The notes under the pieces: model-generated
The model's input: the letters and a program-made list of their open reading frames with translations, nothing else
Databases searched by the model: none
Told to the model about the DNA's origin: nothing
Program-made: the position numbers and the translations under genes
Shown here: positions 28,411 through 45,608 of the stretch, piece after piece
Layout: each line of letters begins with the position of its first letter
Position numbering within the stretch: the first letter of the stretch is position 1
NCBI RefSeq assembly: GCF_009914755.1
Contig: NC_060938.1
Origin: the human T2T-CHM13v2.0 reference genome, Homo sapiens
Length of the DNA: 64,000 nucleotides
Reading direction: 5' to 3' (one strand)

Positions 28411-29024
28411 GGAAAACAATAGTATTTGAAGATATAGCCCATTTCATCTGGTAGCTAGCTGTATGTGTCTGCTCAGCTGTGGATAGATATTTATGCTGTT
28501 TCTGAACTGGAGGTTACTGGTATTCTCTAAGGTATAGGAAAATTGATCTTATGTGGCTAACTGAGGTGGATACAGTTGTATCAGTCAGACAGTAATGATA
28601 TAATCATGATAGTTTACATTTAACACAACTTACATGTGTTATACTTTAGAAAGCTCTTCATTCATATTATTACTTCATACTATTTTCCCCTTACCATTTT
28701 TCTCTCTCCTTTCTCTGCTGACTTCAGAAAATGTCTCTTCCACACTACTCAATTCATCTCCTTATTTTTTCAAAATTTTAAGTCTCAGAGTCTCCAAAAA
28801 AAATTCCAGACAAGTCTCATCAGCTTTCGGTCATTGATTAATCGATATCCTTAGAGGCTTTCCCTTCCCCTTCTCAATTTAACGTAGCTTCCAAATACAC
28901 TTGCCAGTAAAACAAAGTTGTTTATATGGTTTTATATTTCTTCCTGCTGAATTATGAACATTTTTTCATATTGACATTGATTTCCATCTGGCCATGAAAT
29001 ACTCAAGGTGAAGAAAATGAAACA

Positions 29025-29490
29025 AAATTGTTAATATTTATCAAGAGCCAGGTACTGTTTTCAGTGTCCTAGAAGTATAAACTAGTGTAATGCTCACCAG
29101 CTCATATGAGAGGCAAAAATGGATGAAACTATAAAACCAAGACACAGAGAGTTAAGGGAAATTTCCCAAGATCACACAGCCACTGAGGATATGAACTAGA
29201 TTTTGACTTCAGGCTATTTACCCCAGAACCTGTGCTTTCAACCATCATTTGTACTGCTTCCCTAAATTACACTTGAGTACACTGTGACATCAAATTTCAC
29301 CTATGACACCAAATTTCACCTATGACACTGATTATCTGGGGAACTTTGCAACTTATTCTGAATGTGATTCAGTTTTCTTTTCTGTACAGAGATAAAGTCA
29401 GTATATACTCCATAGATTCGTTATAAGGATTATATGAAATGACACATGAGAAGGCTTTAAAAGGACTTGGAAAGCAATAAGCTTTTTTGT
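29025..29490. mobile_element. Two MIR fragments (opposite orientations) flanking a 19-bp tandem duplication at 29285-29328
   Basis: 'cacagagagttaagggaaatttcccaagatcacacagc' and 'tcagttttcttttctgta...ataaggattatatga'; 'tgacatcaaatttcaccta-tgacaccaaatttcaccta'. Confidence 0.55.
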
Positions 29491-31119
29491 TTTCAATCAT
29501 TTTTCAATAGGTTATCAGTGTTGTGAATGTTTCATGAAAAATGACTTTGGGCTCAGTGAGTAACTGAAATGTTGTTGCTTAATAGTGTGTTTAATATTAA
29601 TATAATAGTAACAAATGTTGTTATTGTTGAGTAATAGTTATTTGGCTTTTCACTGCTTTTCTTTTCTAGTGTTTTAGTCAGAGACATCTTAAGTCTACTC
29701 AAGTGTGTACACTTTTCTTAAATTTGTTGGGAAGTACCAAATTTAAGATATCTTGCATTTTTTTCTTCCTTAGTAAACACTAAATTCCATCACGCAGCAG
29801 AAAAAGGGCTCTGTTATTGTTGGTACAATGGTTTAATATTCACTTTTATTCCCTGTATCGTAGTTCTGATTTAATTGCTATTTAGAATAAAACTTGTTCC
29901 TTAATATATGCATTGATAATTATAAAATTTGTGTTTTAATGCCTTCTACACATATACTGTGCTTTTCTTTATTTCCTTATATCTTTTACTGGTTTCATGA
30001 TCCTGGTATTTGAAATCTCATTAAGTGTTGTTTGGGGATTTGCTGGGAATGTCATCTACATAGTAATGTCTCAAGTTTGTAGCATCTTTAAAACATAATA
30101 GGAGATGGAATTCACAGCAGAGTAATAACCCTCCCACTTTAGGCAATGTATTTGTGATTGGTATGACTTTGTTCCCAGAGAGCAGTTAGCAACACAATAT
30201 TAAGGCTATGTGTACAAGGAAAACAAATTTTAAAAATCTCCTTTAAAAAAAAACAGTTCCCAATCCTAACCAGTGTCATGCACAGAATCCGTTTCCACCT
30301 CTTCATATGGAAGCAGCACTGGGTGGACATCTAGAAAGTTGGATAACTATTTATCACATATGATCTGTAAAGTGAGAGATTTACAAGAAAGTGTTAAATT
30401 TAATCCATAGGAAAGCAAAATCAAAAATCAATGAATTTTCCATTTGTAGTTTTCCCTAGGGGATCCACTCTCAAGATGGCTTAAATGTGTTATAATTAAA
30501 TGACTAGGCACAATTGTTTGTTAGTGACATAAAAGCAAGGTAAGCATTTCTGCTTTATGAGTCCAAGCACAGGGACACTTGGTTTTCTTTGGAAGGATAT
30601 CATAAAGGCAATGTTCATGAGTAATCCCTCATTGTCTTTCCTTCTGTGGCATTCAATGTTATGTACTATAATTTAGAAATGAAAACTACTTAAAGACCAC
30701 TTGCTAAGTTTCATGTATTTCAAATTCTCAGATCCTGAGTGTTTAAATATGCCTATATTTCTTCATGAAAAAAACATAATCTTTGCCAAGTTAGAAAAAG
30801 AAAAAGTCATATTCCCATTTTTAACTCAATGTAATCAGAAATTTGGACAGTTTTTAGCCTTCAATACATTATGTAATTTGGGTAACAGGCTGAATAAAAG
30901 TAAGGAACTTCAGTTAAATTCATAGAGAAGCTAATAATTATTTCTAAGACTCAAATTTATAGAACAGATCTCTGATATTAAGGGTAAGACCCTCAAAGGT
31001 GACCCAAAATGGGTAATTGTGGGATTATTTTGGGAGGAATCATCATAGATTCTTACTGCTATAAATACAGTCAAATGTCAGATAAATATACTCCACTGAA
31101 ATGTTTTCTAGGAATGATG

Positions 31120-31400
31120 TTGGAACCAATGTTGGTAATTTTGAAAGTCATGGAGAGGATTTCAGATGATAGAAGTCAGGCAACTATCCCAGGTTTAATA
31201 AATAAGCAAATGGTGAGTTCCAAAAATGCTGTATCAATGAGCCTCATATTGATCCTGAGCACAATTTCAGGAAGGTCCATTAAATGGGTCTTTGGAGAGT
31301 ACTTAGGATAAAAGGCTGGCAACAGGGATTCACTAAGAGCAATGGTGCCAAGCTTGCCTCTTTGACATTGTTATGTGACTGATAAAGGTAGGTTATAGCA
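31120..31400 (+). mobile_element. CR1/L3 LINE RT fragment
   Basis: 'atgagcctcatattgatcctgagcacaattt...cagggattcactaagagcaatggtgccaagcttgcctc' resembles the CR1 SLTLIPGKI...HGFTKNKSCQ region. Confidence 0.5.
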
Positions 31401-32329
31401 GTACACAATACAGATATTTCCAGGGTAAAGCTGTTGAGCTGCTGTAATTTTCCTTGCCTCTTCACTATCTTCTCCTATAGTTGACTTCCAAGGAAAAGAT
31501 AGTTGACTTTTAATCTAGAAATGTATGTTAATTGGCAAAAACAAACAAATGAAACCATAAACTATCCTTTAGGCTTCTCTCTGCTCAGTTATTAGATCAT
31601 ATGAATGTGCCCTTAGGAAACACAGAGGGCCCACACTATTATAGGGACAAATTTCTTACATTCTCTGCTGTTTAATGCTCTTCAAAAGACTTACCATACT
31701 GCAGTAATTTGATTATCAACTACTTGAACACAGGGACCAATGTGCTTATTAAAAATTTTGCATATTATGAGGGCATTAACATTTAAGTATTCGATTGTTA
31801 AGACAATGCATATTATTATAAACCATAGAAGGCACACTTATTACCTCCTTAAGAACCAGTCTCTATTTCTCTGTTTCCTAGATCTCCAAGGTCATAGAGG
31901 GATTGGATATTTGTGTCTTCAATTGGCCCTCTTCAACCCTAGGATAAATAGTGATTAATCTAAGCCAATGGTTTTCGGCTCTGTCTGACCCAATGCCTCT
32001 ATTTCATAAGAAATTCTTCAAAGACCCCTTCACTATTCTAAACTATTAGTGAGAACACAATGTATGCATTCAAGTTGTTGAAAATATTAATGTTATGCTG
32101 AAGCTAACAAAGGAGAAATAATTTACTGTCAATATATGATCCAAAATGTATATAATTGTGCCAGAACATTTACATCTCAAATACAATAGAACATAATGAA
32201 ATTTTCATATCTTCGCCCATACCTTGAAACATTGTAAATAAAAAGCTACAAATATAGTTTCATTGAATAACCAAATGCCAAAACTGCCATTTCTATTGTT
32301 GACATGATTGATCTGCATTGGTAAATGTA

Positions 32330-32760
32330 ATAGATACTTTCTGTTTGGCCCTTGTCCCCTGTTATACTCCCCTATTTACTGGCTTTTGTCCAAGTGGAAT
32401 GGACCATATTGAATATCTCAATCGGTTCCCTTGCTCATTGCCTTCTATGCATGTTCATGAGATTAAAGGGAAGGAGGAAATGGGATTGGGGGTTATTGCC
32501 TAAACTCCCTCTCTGCTAGGTCTCCTTGACCAATCTTTTTCATAAGAAAATTAGTGTTTCCTTGCGTGATCAGGGCAGTTTACTCCCCAGAACTCTGCCT
32601 GCTGCTACTAACCCAGAGTTATTGTGGGGTGTGATTTCTGTGATTCCTTCACCCTTCTCCCCTGAAATTTTCGTAAGTAGTCTCTTTGGAAATAAACCCA
32701 TGTTAAATTATCTTAGTTTGTGTGTGTTCTATTTTTCCTATTGAGACTCTGAAATGAGTA
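32330..32760 (+). mobile_element. Old ERVL LTR (LTR33-like)
   Basis: 3' end 'aaataaaccc...ttatcttagtttgtgtgtgttctatttttcctattgagactctga'. Confidence 0.4.
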
Positions 32761-33263
32761 TCTAAATGAAAAAATCTACCGTCTTTTCTCATATACATAG
32801 TAGTTTCATTCTTGCAAAATTCATGGCATATTAAAACCATGCAAAAGTACTTGGCACTTAGGCAGTTACATTTGGGATTGTATAATTAAACAAAGCAGGT
32901 TATTCACCTTCATTACATTAGAAAGTCATTCAGGACATACAGCAATCCTTAATTAGGAGCGGCTATCCCATGTTACTGGACATATGGCATCCCTGTTTTC
33001 CAATCCTTAAAGTTTTTCCTTAAAGTTCCAAAATGCCGTCACTTATTATTTCCTGCCATTGGATTTTGTCACATGAAGTTGTAAGGCTGGGAATGCCGTA
33101 GCCATCTTGAAAACATAGGTAGAAAGATAAGAGAATCATAAAGAAGTGGATCATGTTGAATTAACTAAGCATTGATACCATCTATTTGTTGTCCGATTTG
33201 GTAAAAGTTGCTCCTTGTTTTTTTCTTCAATTAGTTGACTATTCTGTTACTTGAAGCTAAAAA

Positions 33264-33583
<320 letters not shown>

Positions 33584-33686
33584 AAAAACATTTTAACCAA
33601 TAGCAAAGCACATTATTTCATTGCATTTTTTCAAAAGTTGCCAGTAATTTCAATTAAAAATATTATATAACATGTTTAATGCAATA

Positions 33687-34030
33687 CAAATGCTTTTCAA
33701 TGTACAATGGGGTTAAGTCTTGATAAGCTGATTATAAATTGAAAATACAGTAAGTTAAAAATGTATTTAATACCTAACTTACTGAATATCACAGCTTATC
33801 CTGGCATACCTTTAATGTGCTCAGAACACTTACATCAGCAGACAATTGGGCAAAATCGTTGAATACAAAACCCACTTTATAATAAAGTATTGGATATTTT
33901 ATGTAATTTGTTGAATATTGTACTGAAAGTGAAAAGCAGAATGGTTATATTCTATTCAAAGCTATCACTTTTGCTTCATCATAAAGTAAAAAAAAAATCA
34001 TAAATTGAACCATTATAAGTTGACCATCTG
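33687..34030 (+). mobile_element. MER47A (Tigger-family DNA transposon)
   Basis: 'gtgctcagaacacttacat...ttgggcaaaatc...gtactgaaagtgaaaagcagaatggtt'; ends 'accatctg'. Confidence 0.75.
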
Positions 34031-34152
34031 TGTATATGTATGTGTGTGTGTACCTATATAAACATGTATGTTTATATATATATTTGTGTGTGTATATATC
34101 CTCGGTGTGTGTGTATGTGTGTTTGAGAGAGTGTGTGTGTGTGTGTGTGTAT
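34028..34152. repeat. Compound (TG)/(TA) microsatellite
   Basis: Direct inspection. Confidence 0.9.
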
Positions 34153-35510
34153 GACATTGTAGGAAAGTAAAATTTCTTATCTTACAGATATAGCATGTTA
34201 ACATGTTGGTACCTATCCTCCTGAGATGTAAAATTTTACATGGATAGATGTGTACATTTACAGTTGTACACAAAGAGAAACATATTCTGTAGGCTCTTTG
34301 TTTTTCTGCAGTTTCATTCAACACTATCTGGTTTATATGGATGATTACATATATAATGCTAGGATGAAGGTTCTTCTCTATAACTTTGAAACTTCCTTGA
34401 TTATCAACCCTTGGTATATTCTTAGAATAGGATTTTATTTTAGAATTAAGATCCTTGTTTCAGGACTCTAGACTGTTAACACACAGAGCCAATAATTATT
34501 CAGAATGGTTGGGTTAGTTCACATTCCCACAGATGAGACATCAAATGTCCAGGCTGCACAGCCTCATTAACACTAGATTTTCTGGACATTTTATATAGTA
34601 TTTCATCTTATATAAAAAGTAGAATTCTAAATTAATTATGGTTGTTAATTTATTTTTATCTTTTTAGTCATTATGAAAATGTTTAACTATATGAAAAGCT
34701 ATGAAAGAGTTTTATTTTTTAAGGTAGTACTTCAGAAATATTTGCGATACTTAATTTTTAAAAATTAACTCTAAAAAATCTTGAAATGTCTGTTTAATGA
34801 AATAGGACATAAATACTGGTCACATTAGTGAAAAATATTTGTTTAAAATTAAAATATCTGTATCAATCCTGTAGATATTAATAATTTTTAAAGAATGACA
34901 TCTTCAAAATATAAATGTTCTAAACTTATAATCAGTTAAATATGTCTCAATACATATAGATACATATATCTAAATAAATTTGAAGACTTCAAATTCCAGG
35001 TACAATATAATTCTTTTCTATCCTGTGATTTGTCATTCAGTATTTTGTAATTTGCACAGAAATATTTTGCCCTAACCACATGTCTGTATTTTCTCTTACC
35101 TAGAAATGTTATTTTATGCAAAATTGTTTTAAAGGTCAGTTTGCATGTTTGAAAGCATCTTGTAGAATGTTACATAATATATTGCATATTTGGTTACATT
35201 GTTTTAACTGTGTAAATATGGTTTAAATCTATGATGCTCTTTAGTGCTGATCATGATGCAAAGCAAATTTATCTGTATAAAAGTCTCCTGTTAATTTTTT
35301 TTATTATTATATTTTAAGTTTTAGGGTACATGTGCACAACGTGCAGGTTTGTTAGATATGTATACATGGGCCATGTTGGTGTGCTGCACCCATTAACTCG
35401 TCACTTAATATTAGGGATATCTCCTAATGCTATCCTTCCCCCCTCCCCCCACCCCACAACTGTCCCCAGTGTGTGATGTTCCCCTTCCTGCATCCATGTT
35501 TTCTCATTGT

Positions 35511-39335
<3,825 letters not shown>

Positions 39336-39398
39336 TATGATGTTAGCTGGTTATTTTGCTTGTTAGTTGATGCAGTTTCTTCCTAGCCTTGATGGTCT

Positions 39399-40414
39399 TT
39401 ACAATTTGGCATGTTTTTGCAGTGGCTGGTACCAGTTGTTCCTTTCCATGTTTAGTGCTTCCTTCAGGAGCTCTTTTAGGGCAGGCCTGGTGGTGACAAA
39501 ATTTCTCAGCATTTGCTTGTCTGTGGAGTATATTATTTCTCCTTCACTTATGAAGCTTAGTTTGGCTGGATATGAAATTCTGGGTTGAAAATTCTTTTCT
39601 TTAAGAATGTTGAATATTGGCCCCTACTCTCTTCTGGCTTGTAGAGTTTCTGAGGAGAGATCAGCAGTTAGTCTGATGGGCTTCCTTTTGTGGGTAACCT
39701 GACCTTTTTCTCTGGCTGCCTTTAAAATTTTTTCATTCATTTCAACTTTGGTGAATTTGACAATTATGTGTCTTGGAGTTGCTTTTCTCGAGGAGTATCT
39801 TTGTGGCATTCTCTGTATTTCCTGAATTTGTATGTTGGCCTGCCTTACTAGATTGGGGAAGTTCTCCTGGATAATATCCTGCAGAGTGTTTTCCAACTTG
39901 GTTCCATTCTCCCCATCACTTTCAGGTACACCAATTAGACATACATTTGGTCTTTTCACATAGTCCCATATTTTCTTGGAGGCTTTGTTCATTTCTTCTA
40001 TTCCTTTTTCTCTAAACTTCTCTTCATGCTTTATTTCATTCATTTCGTTTTCCATCGCTGATACTCTTTCTTCCAGTTGATCACATCGGTTACTGAGGCT
40101 TATGCATTTGTCATGTAGTTCTTGTGCCATGGTTTTCAGCTCCATCAGGTCCTTTAAGGACTTCTCTGCATTTGTTATTCTAGTTATCCATTCGTCTAAT
40201 TTTTTTTTCAAATTTTTAACGTCTTTGCCATTTGTTTGAACTTCCTCCTTTAGCTCGGAGTACTTTGATCTTCTGAAGCCTTCCTCTCTCAACTCGTCAA
40301 AGTCATACTCCGTCCAGCTTTGTTCCATTGCTGGTGAGGAGCTGCATTCCTTTGCAGGAGGAGAGGCACTCTGATTTTTAGAGTTTCCAGTTTTTCTGCT
40401 CTGTTTTTTCCCAT
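39399..40414 (-). pseudogene. L1 ORF1, disrupted
   Basis: EQSWTEYDFDELREEGF...WDYVKRPN...PIRLTADLS followed by a premature stop at 39624. Confidence 0.92.
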
Positions 40415-42779
40415 CTTTGTGGTTTTATCTTCCTTTGGTCCTTGATGATGGTGACATACAGATGGGGTTTTGGTGTGGATGTCCTTTCTGTTTGTTAGTT
40501 TTCCTTCTAACAGTCAGGACCCTCAGCTGCAGTTCTGTTGGAGTTTACTGGAGGTCTACTCCAGACACTATTTGCCTGGGTATTAGCAGCGGTGGCTGCA
40601 GAACAGTGGATATTGGTGAACTGCAAATGCTGCTGCCTGATCGTTCCTCTGGAAGTTTTGACTGAGAGGGGTACCCGGCCATGTGAGATGTCAGTCTGCC
40701 CCTACAGGGGGGTGCCTCCCAGTTAGGCTACTCAGGGGTCAGGAACTCACTTGAGGAGGCTGTCTGCCTGTTCTCAGATCTCAAGCTACATGCTGGGAGA
40801 ACCACTACTCTCTTCAAAGCTGTCAGACAGGGACATTTAAGTCTGCAGAGGTTATTGCAGTCTTTTGTTTGTCTGTGCCCTACCCCCAGAGGTGGAGCCT
40901 ACAGAGGCAGGCTGGCCTCCTTGAGCTGTGTTAGGCTCCACCCAGTTCGAACTTCCTGGCTGCTTTGTTTACTTACTCAAGCCTGAGCAATGGCGGGCGC
41001 CCCTCCCCCAGCCCCACTGTAACCTTGCAGTTTGATCTCAGACTGCTGTGCTAGCAAACAGTGAGGCTCCGTGGGTGTAGGATCCTCCAAGCCATGTGCT
41101 GGATACAATCTCCTGGTGTGCCATTTGATAAGCCTGTTGGAAAAGCGCAGTATTAGGGTGGGAGTGACCTGATTTTCCAGGTGCCATCTGTCACCCCTTT
41201 CTTTGACTAGGAAAGGGAATTCCCTGACCCATTGTGCTTCCCAGGTGAGGTGATGCCTTGCCCTGCTTTGGCTCATGCATGGTGTGCTGCACCCACTGTC
41301 CAGCACTCCCCATTGAGATGAACCTGGTACCTCAGTTGGAAATGCAGATATCACCTGTCTTCTGCATCACTGACGCTGGGAGGTGTAGACTGGAGCTGTT
41401 CCTATTCGGCCATGTTGCCTCCATCCACTAATTTTTAACTTTCAAATGATTAGATACATTTACCCTCTTCTGAATTTTAATTCCTGATGAAAAGATTCTG
41501 AAATCTCAAGAGGATAATGAATCAGCTTCTGATTACATTCTGGAATTACGATTTGATCACCCATCCAAGAATGCATATTCACTTTCCTTTACATTACACA
41601 CATGCATAATACCATGCTGAGTGATGCTGGAAAAAGTGAGTCTTCAGTAATGCCCTCATGAAATTACAGTCTCACTACACCGAGGTATTTTCTTTTTAAC
41701 CCTTTTTTTCTTTTCTGCTGTGAATATGTGCCTTCTAAGAGGTGAACAACTGGGAAAAACTGAAAAAGAACCTTCATCTAATTCAGTAACTAGCTTTTGT
41801 ATCTTCTAAGAATTTTTATCTCCAGAAAGCTCTAATCTTCATTCCTTTAAAGCTTTATTTCTCTCTCCTTTCCAACACCAGATTTTTCTCTGTTTGTTTT
41901 CTATACCCTTTTTAGAGATGCCTACAATAGAAAAAAAACTATGACATATTCAATACATCTGAAAAGTTTGCATTGCCATAGATAAGAATGAATTGTCTGT
42001 TTATAAAGAAAAAAAAATATGAACCAAGAAAGCACAGAAGGTAGTAACCACATTTAGATGTTTATCATGGAATCATCTTTATAATCCATCTGTTACAATT
42101 CCACAGAGCAAATTAGAAGTAATTGTGAAGTTTCCCCTCATTTTATAGGTTTGGTCTTATAAGGCATACAACACAAATTTTAATTACTTTTCTTTTTGGT
42201 ATTTGGATCTTAATTTGGTCAAGTGGCCACTGGGTAGATGATGGAGCCTCTTGAGACATACAGTCTTCTAGCTTTGTTGATGTAAATATTACTGTGTAGT
42301 TTTCATTCACTTATTATTTTACAAGGCATGCTTCATTAAAAATATGTCAGCATCTCATTGACAAATCACAAAATTTAAAAGGCACAAGAAAAAAACAATT
42401 TATTTGAAACATTCCTGTGTAAAAGTAGTCACCACTCTTACTATTCCTCAAATATTTTTATTATATTTAAACACAATCCTAGTTTTATCTCGAGTGTCTG
42501 ACCTTGATGATATTGTACACTTTAAACTTAGAAAAAATTGAACTCTATTGGAAATTTCCTACAGATCAGCTTTTCTAGATGCCAAGCGCCTTGTTTCAGC
42601 TGCGGTGATGACAGCAAATTGGGTTCTCAGGGTTTCTGGCCTCTGGCATCATCTCAGTTGTTTATAATTGAAGTTGGCTCTGATGAGAACTCAGCTTAGA
42701 TGCATGGTTGTACTGCTGGGCTTAAGGCTGGCCTGCCAGGAGGTTGCATTGAGGTGTAACTAGGCAAAGAAAGAAGGAG

Positions 42780-43229
42780 TTTATTGAGGCACTACTGACA
42801 ATAGCAAAGACTTGGAACCAACCCAAATTTCCAACAATGATAGACTGGATTAAGAAAATGTGGCACATATACACCATGGAATACTATGCAGCCATAAAAA
42901 TGATGAGTTCATGTCCTTTGTAGGGACAAGGATGAAGCTGGAAACCATCATTCTCAGCAAACTATCACAAGGACAAAAAAACAAACACCACATGTTCTCA
43001 CTCATAGGTGGGAATTAAGCAATGAGTACACATGGACACAGGAAGGGGAACATCACACACTGGGGCCTGTTGTGGGGTGACGGGCTAGGGAAGGAAAAGC
43101 ATTAGGGGATATACCTAATGTAAATGACGAGTTAATGGGTGCAGCACACCAACATGTCACATGTATACATAGGTAATGAACCTGCACTTTGTGCACATGT
43201 ACCCTAGAACTTAAAGTATAATAAAAAAA
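42780..43229 (+). mobile_element. 5'-truncated L1PA with TSD aaagaaggag
   Basis: L1 3' end with poly-A; direct repeat at 42770-42779 and 43230-43239. Confidence 0.92.
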
Positions 43230-44840
43230 AAAGAAGGAGGTTGGGCAAAATTACCAACAATCTTCAACTATGAATTTTTATGAGTAGGGGCTTCCCACAC
43301 CATCAGGCACTCCAAGTTGGAGAAACAAGGGATGTTATATTGAAAGTTTAATTTTTTAGGCTTGATAGTCAGATTAGGGAAGTTTTGGGTATACCTTTCC
43401 CACTCTAGAGCCCTCTCCCTAACTCATGGCCAATTTGGGACATGGGCTCAATGGAAAAGAGTGCCGAGATCAATTAGAAATATCCTTCATGAACATAGGA
43501 GGCAGGCATTCTGGCCAAGGGGTGCGTCTTCCCACTTTGTAATCCAGAGTGCGATTTCTTCTTGCTATCTGTCCCTCTGTAAATAAGCATTGGGTGAAGG
43601 ACAAGCTAGTTACAACTGAGGATGGAATGAGATTCTAGCAGAATTGCAAAATGAACTGAGAGCCACGAAAGTGTTCCTCTGTGAACCAGCAGAGAGATCT
43701 GTGGAAGGCAAAGGAAGAGGAGCCAAGAGGCCAGATAACATTCCTGCTTCCCCTACATTGTGAAAGTGAAATTATCAGCAACGTATATCAGTAACTAACC
43801 AGAGGCTTTTTGGAGAGTAAGACTTCTGATAGATACCTCAATAGCTGAAGTTGCTCTTCAGTACTGCACATAACCTGTGGACAGATTTTCATCATTATTA
43901 ATTCATTTATTCAACAGATAGATATTAAATTCAAGGCATAGTTCTAAACTATGCAGTCAATTACAAAAAAATAATGAAGGGCATTAGCTGTGCCTCATAG
44001 GACGTTAAAACTCTAGGTGCTGAATGAGACAAATAGGGTTCCCACATCAAGTGCCTGGGCTCCTGTTATAACCTGGACTGTGCTTCCAATGACTTCTCTT
44101 GTTTCTGTTTTGGTAAACCCATCATTTGGCTTAGTCCCTATCCTTGCCATGCTCGCCCACCAGTAGGTGGACCTCCTTGACCATAACTACAGACATAGAT
44201 CTTTGATTGTTTCTTTTCAAATGTTTGCTTACTTTAGAGCTGCAGTCAAATGTTGTTTTGACCATAAGACTCTGAGGATGTGTGTGGTTGAAACTGTCTT
44301 GAGACTCAAAGAGCTATTGAGGAAGGAATTTGGTAGCTGAACTCTTTTGAAGTTTTTCTCTGTCTCTCACACATCTGGGGCTCAATAGTTTAATATATTG
44401 TTTAATTTCTACATCAATGATAGTTTAATTGGCATTCATGCAAATCAGTTCTGCTGGGAGTTTATTATCCTACTCCAATAGCAAGTAACGCATTCCTTAA
44501 ATATAGTGTATGTATAAATTCTACATGGTAAGTGAAGCTGTCTTTATGAATTGCTGCTATAGAATATACTAGATTGTGTAGGTTTTAGTACAATCCAGGT
44601 AATTATCAAGCCTTTGTAATATTTTCAGGAAAGTGATCCTTTCACCTCAGTTTATGGAACTTGGAAAGTTTTCAGTTACCACCCACTTGTTAGATCATAA
44701 ACTTAATTCTATGTATCTGAATTTATTTTTCTATTTATAAATTTATCTGGATGTTTTCTCAAAGGTTTCCCAGATTAAAAACCTATGGCTTTGTAAAATT
44801 AAAACAGAAGTAATAAGAATTGTGTTAAAAAACAGAATCA

Positions 44841-45160
44841 GGCCAAGCATGGTGGCTTATGCCTGTAATGTCAACACTTAGGGAGGCCGAGGCGGGAGGA
44901 TCATTTGAGGTCAGGAGTTCAAGACCAGCCTGGGCAACATGGCAAAACTCCACCTGTATTAAAAAAATACACAAATTAGCTGGCGTGGTGGTGAATGCCT
45001 TTATTCCTAGCTACTCAAGAGGCTAAGGCAGGAGAATAGCTTGAACCCGGGAGGCTGAGGTTGCAGTGAGCCAAGATAGAGCCACTGCATTCCAGCCTGG
45101 GTGACAGAGTGAGATCCTGTCTTAAAAAAAAAAGAAAAAAAAGAAAAGAAAAAGAAAGAA
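44841..45160 (+). mobile_element. AluJb/Sz-like element, TSD aaaa(a/c)cagaatca
   Basis: Full Alu with long A-rich tail and flanking direct repeat. Confidence 0.9.
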
Positions 45161-45336
45161 AACCAGAATCATACAATGAGAGAGATTGTATAGCCCTTTT
45201 AATTGTCCATAATGGATACATTTCTTTTTCTGTGTAATAGTTTATCAGCATGAAAATTTTCTTTTTTTGTGTAATAGTTTATCAGAATGAAAAAAAAGAG
45301 ACACTGAACACTGATAAATTTCTCTCTCTCTCTCTC

Positions 45337-45608
<272 letters not shown>

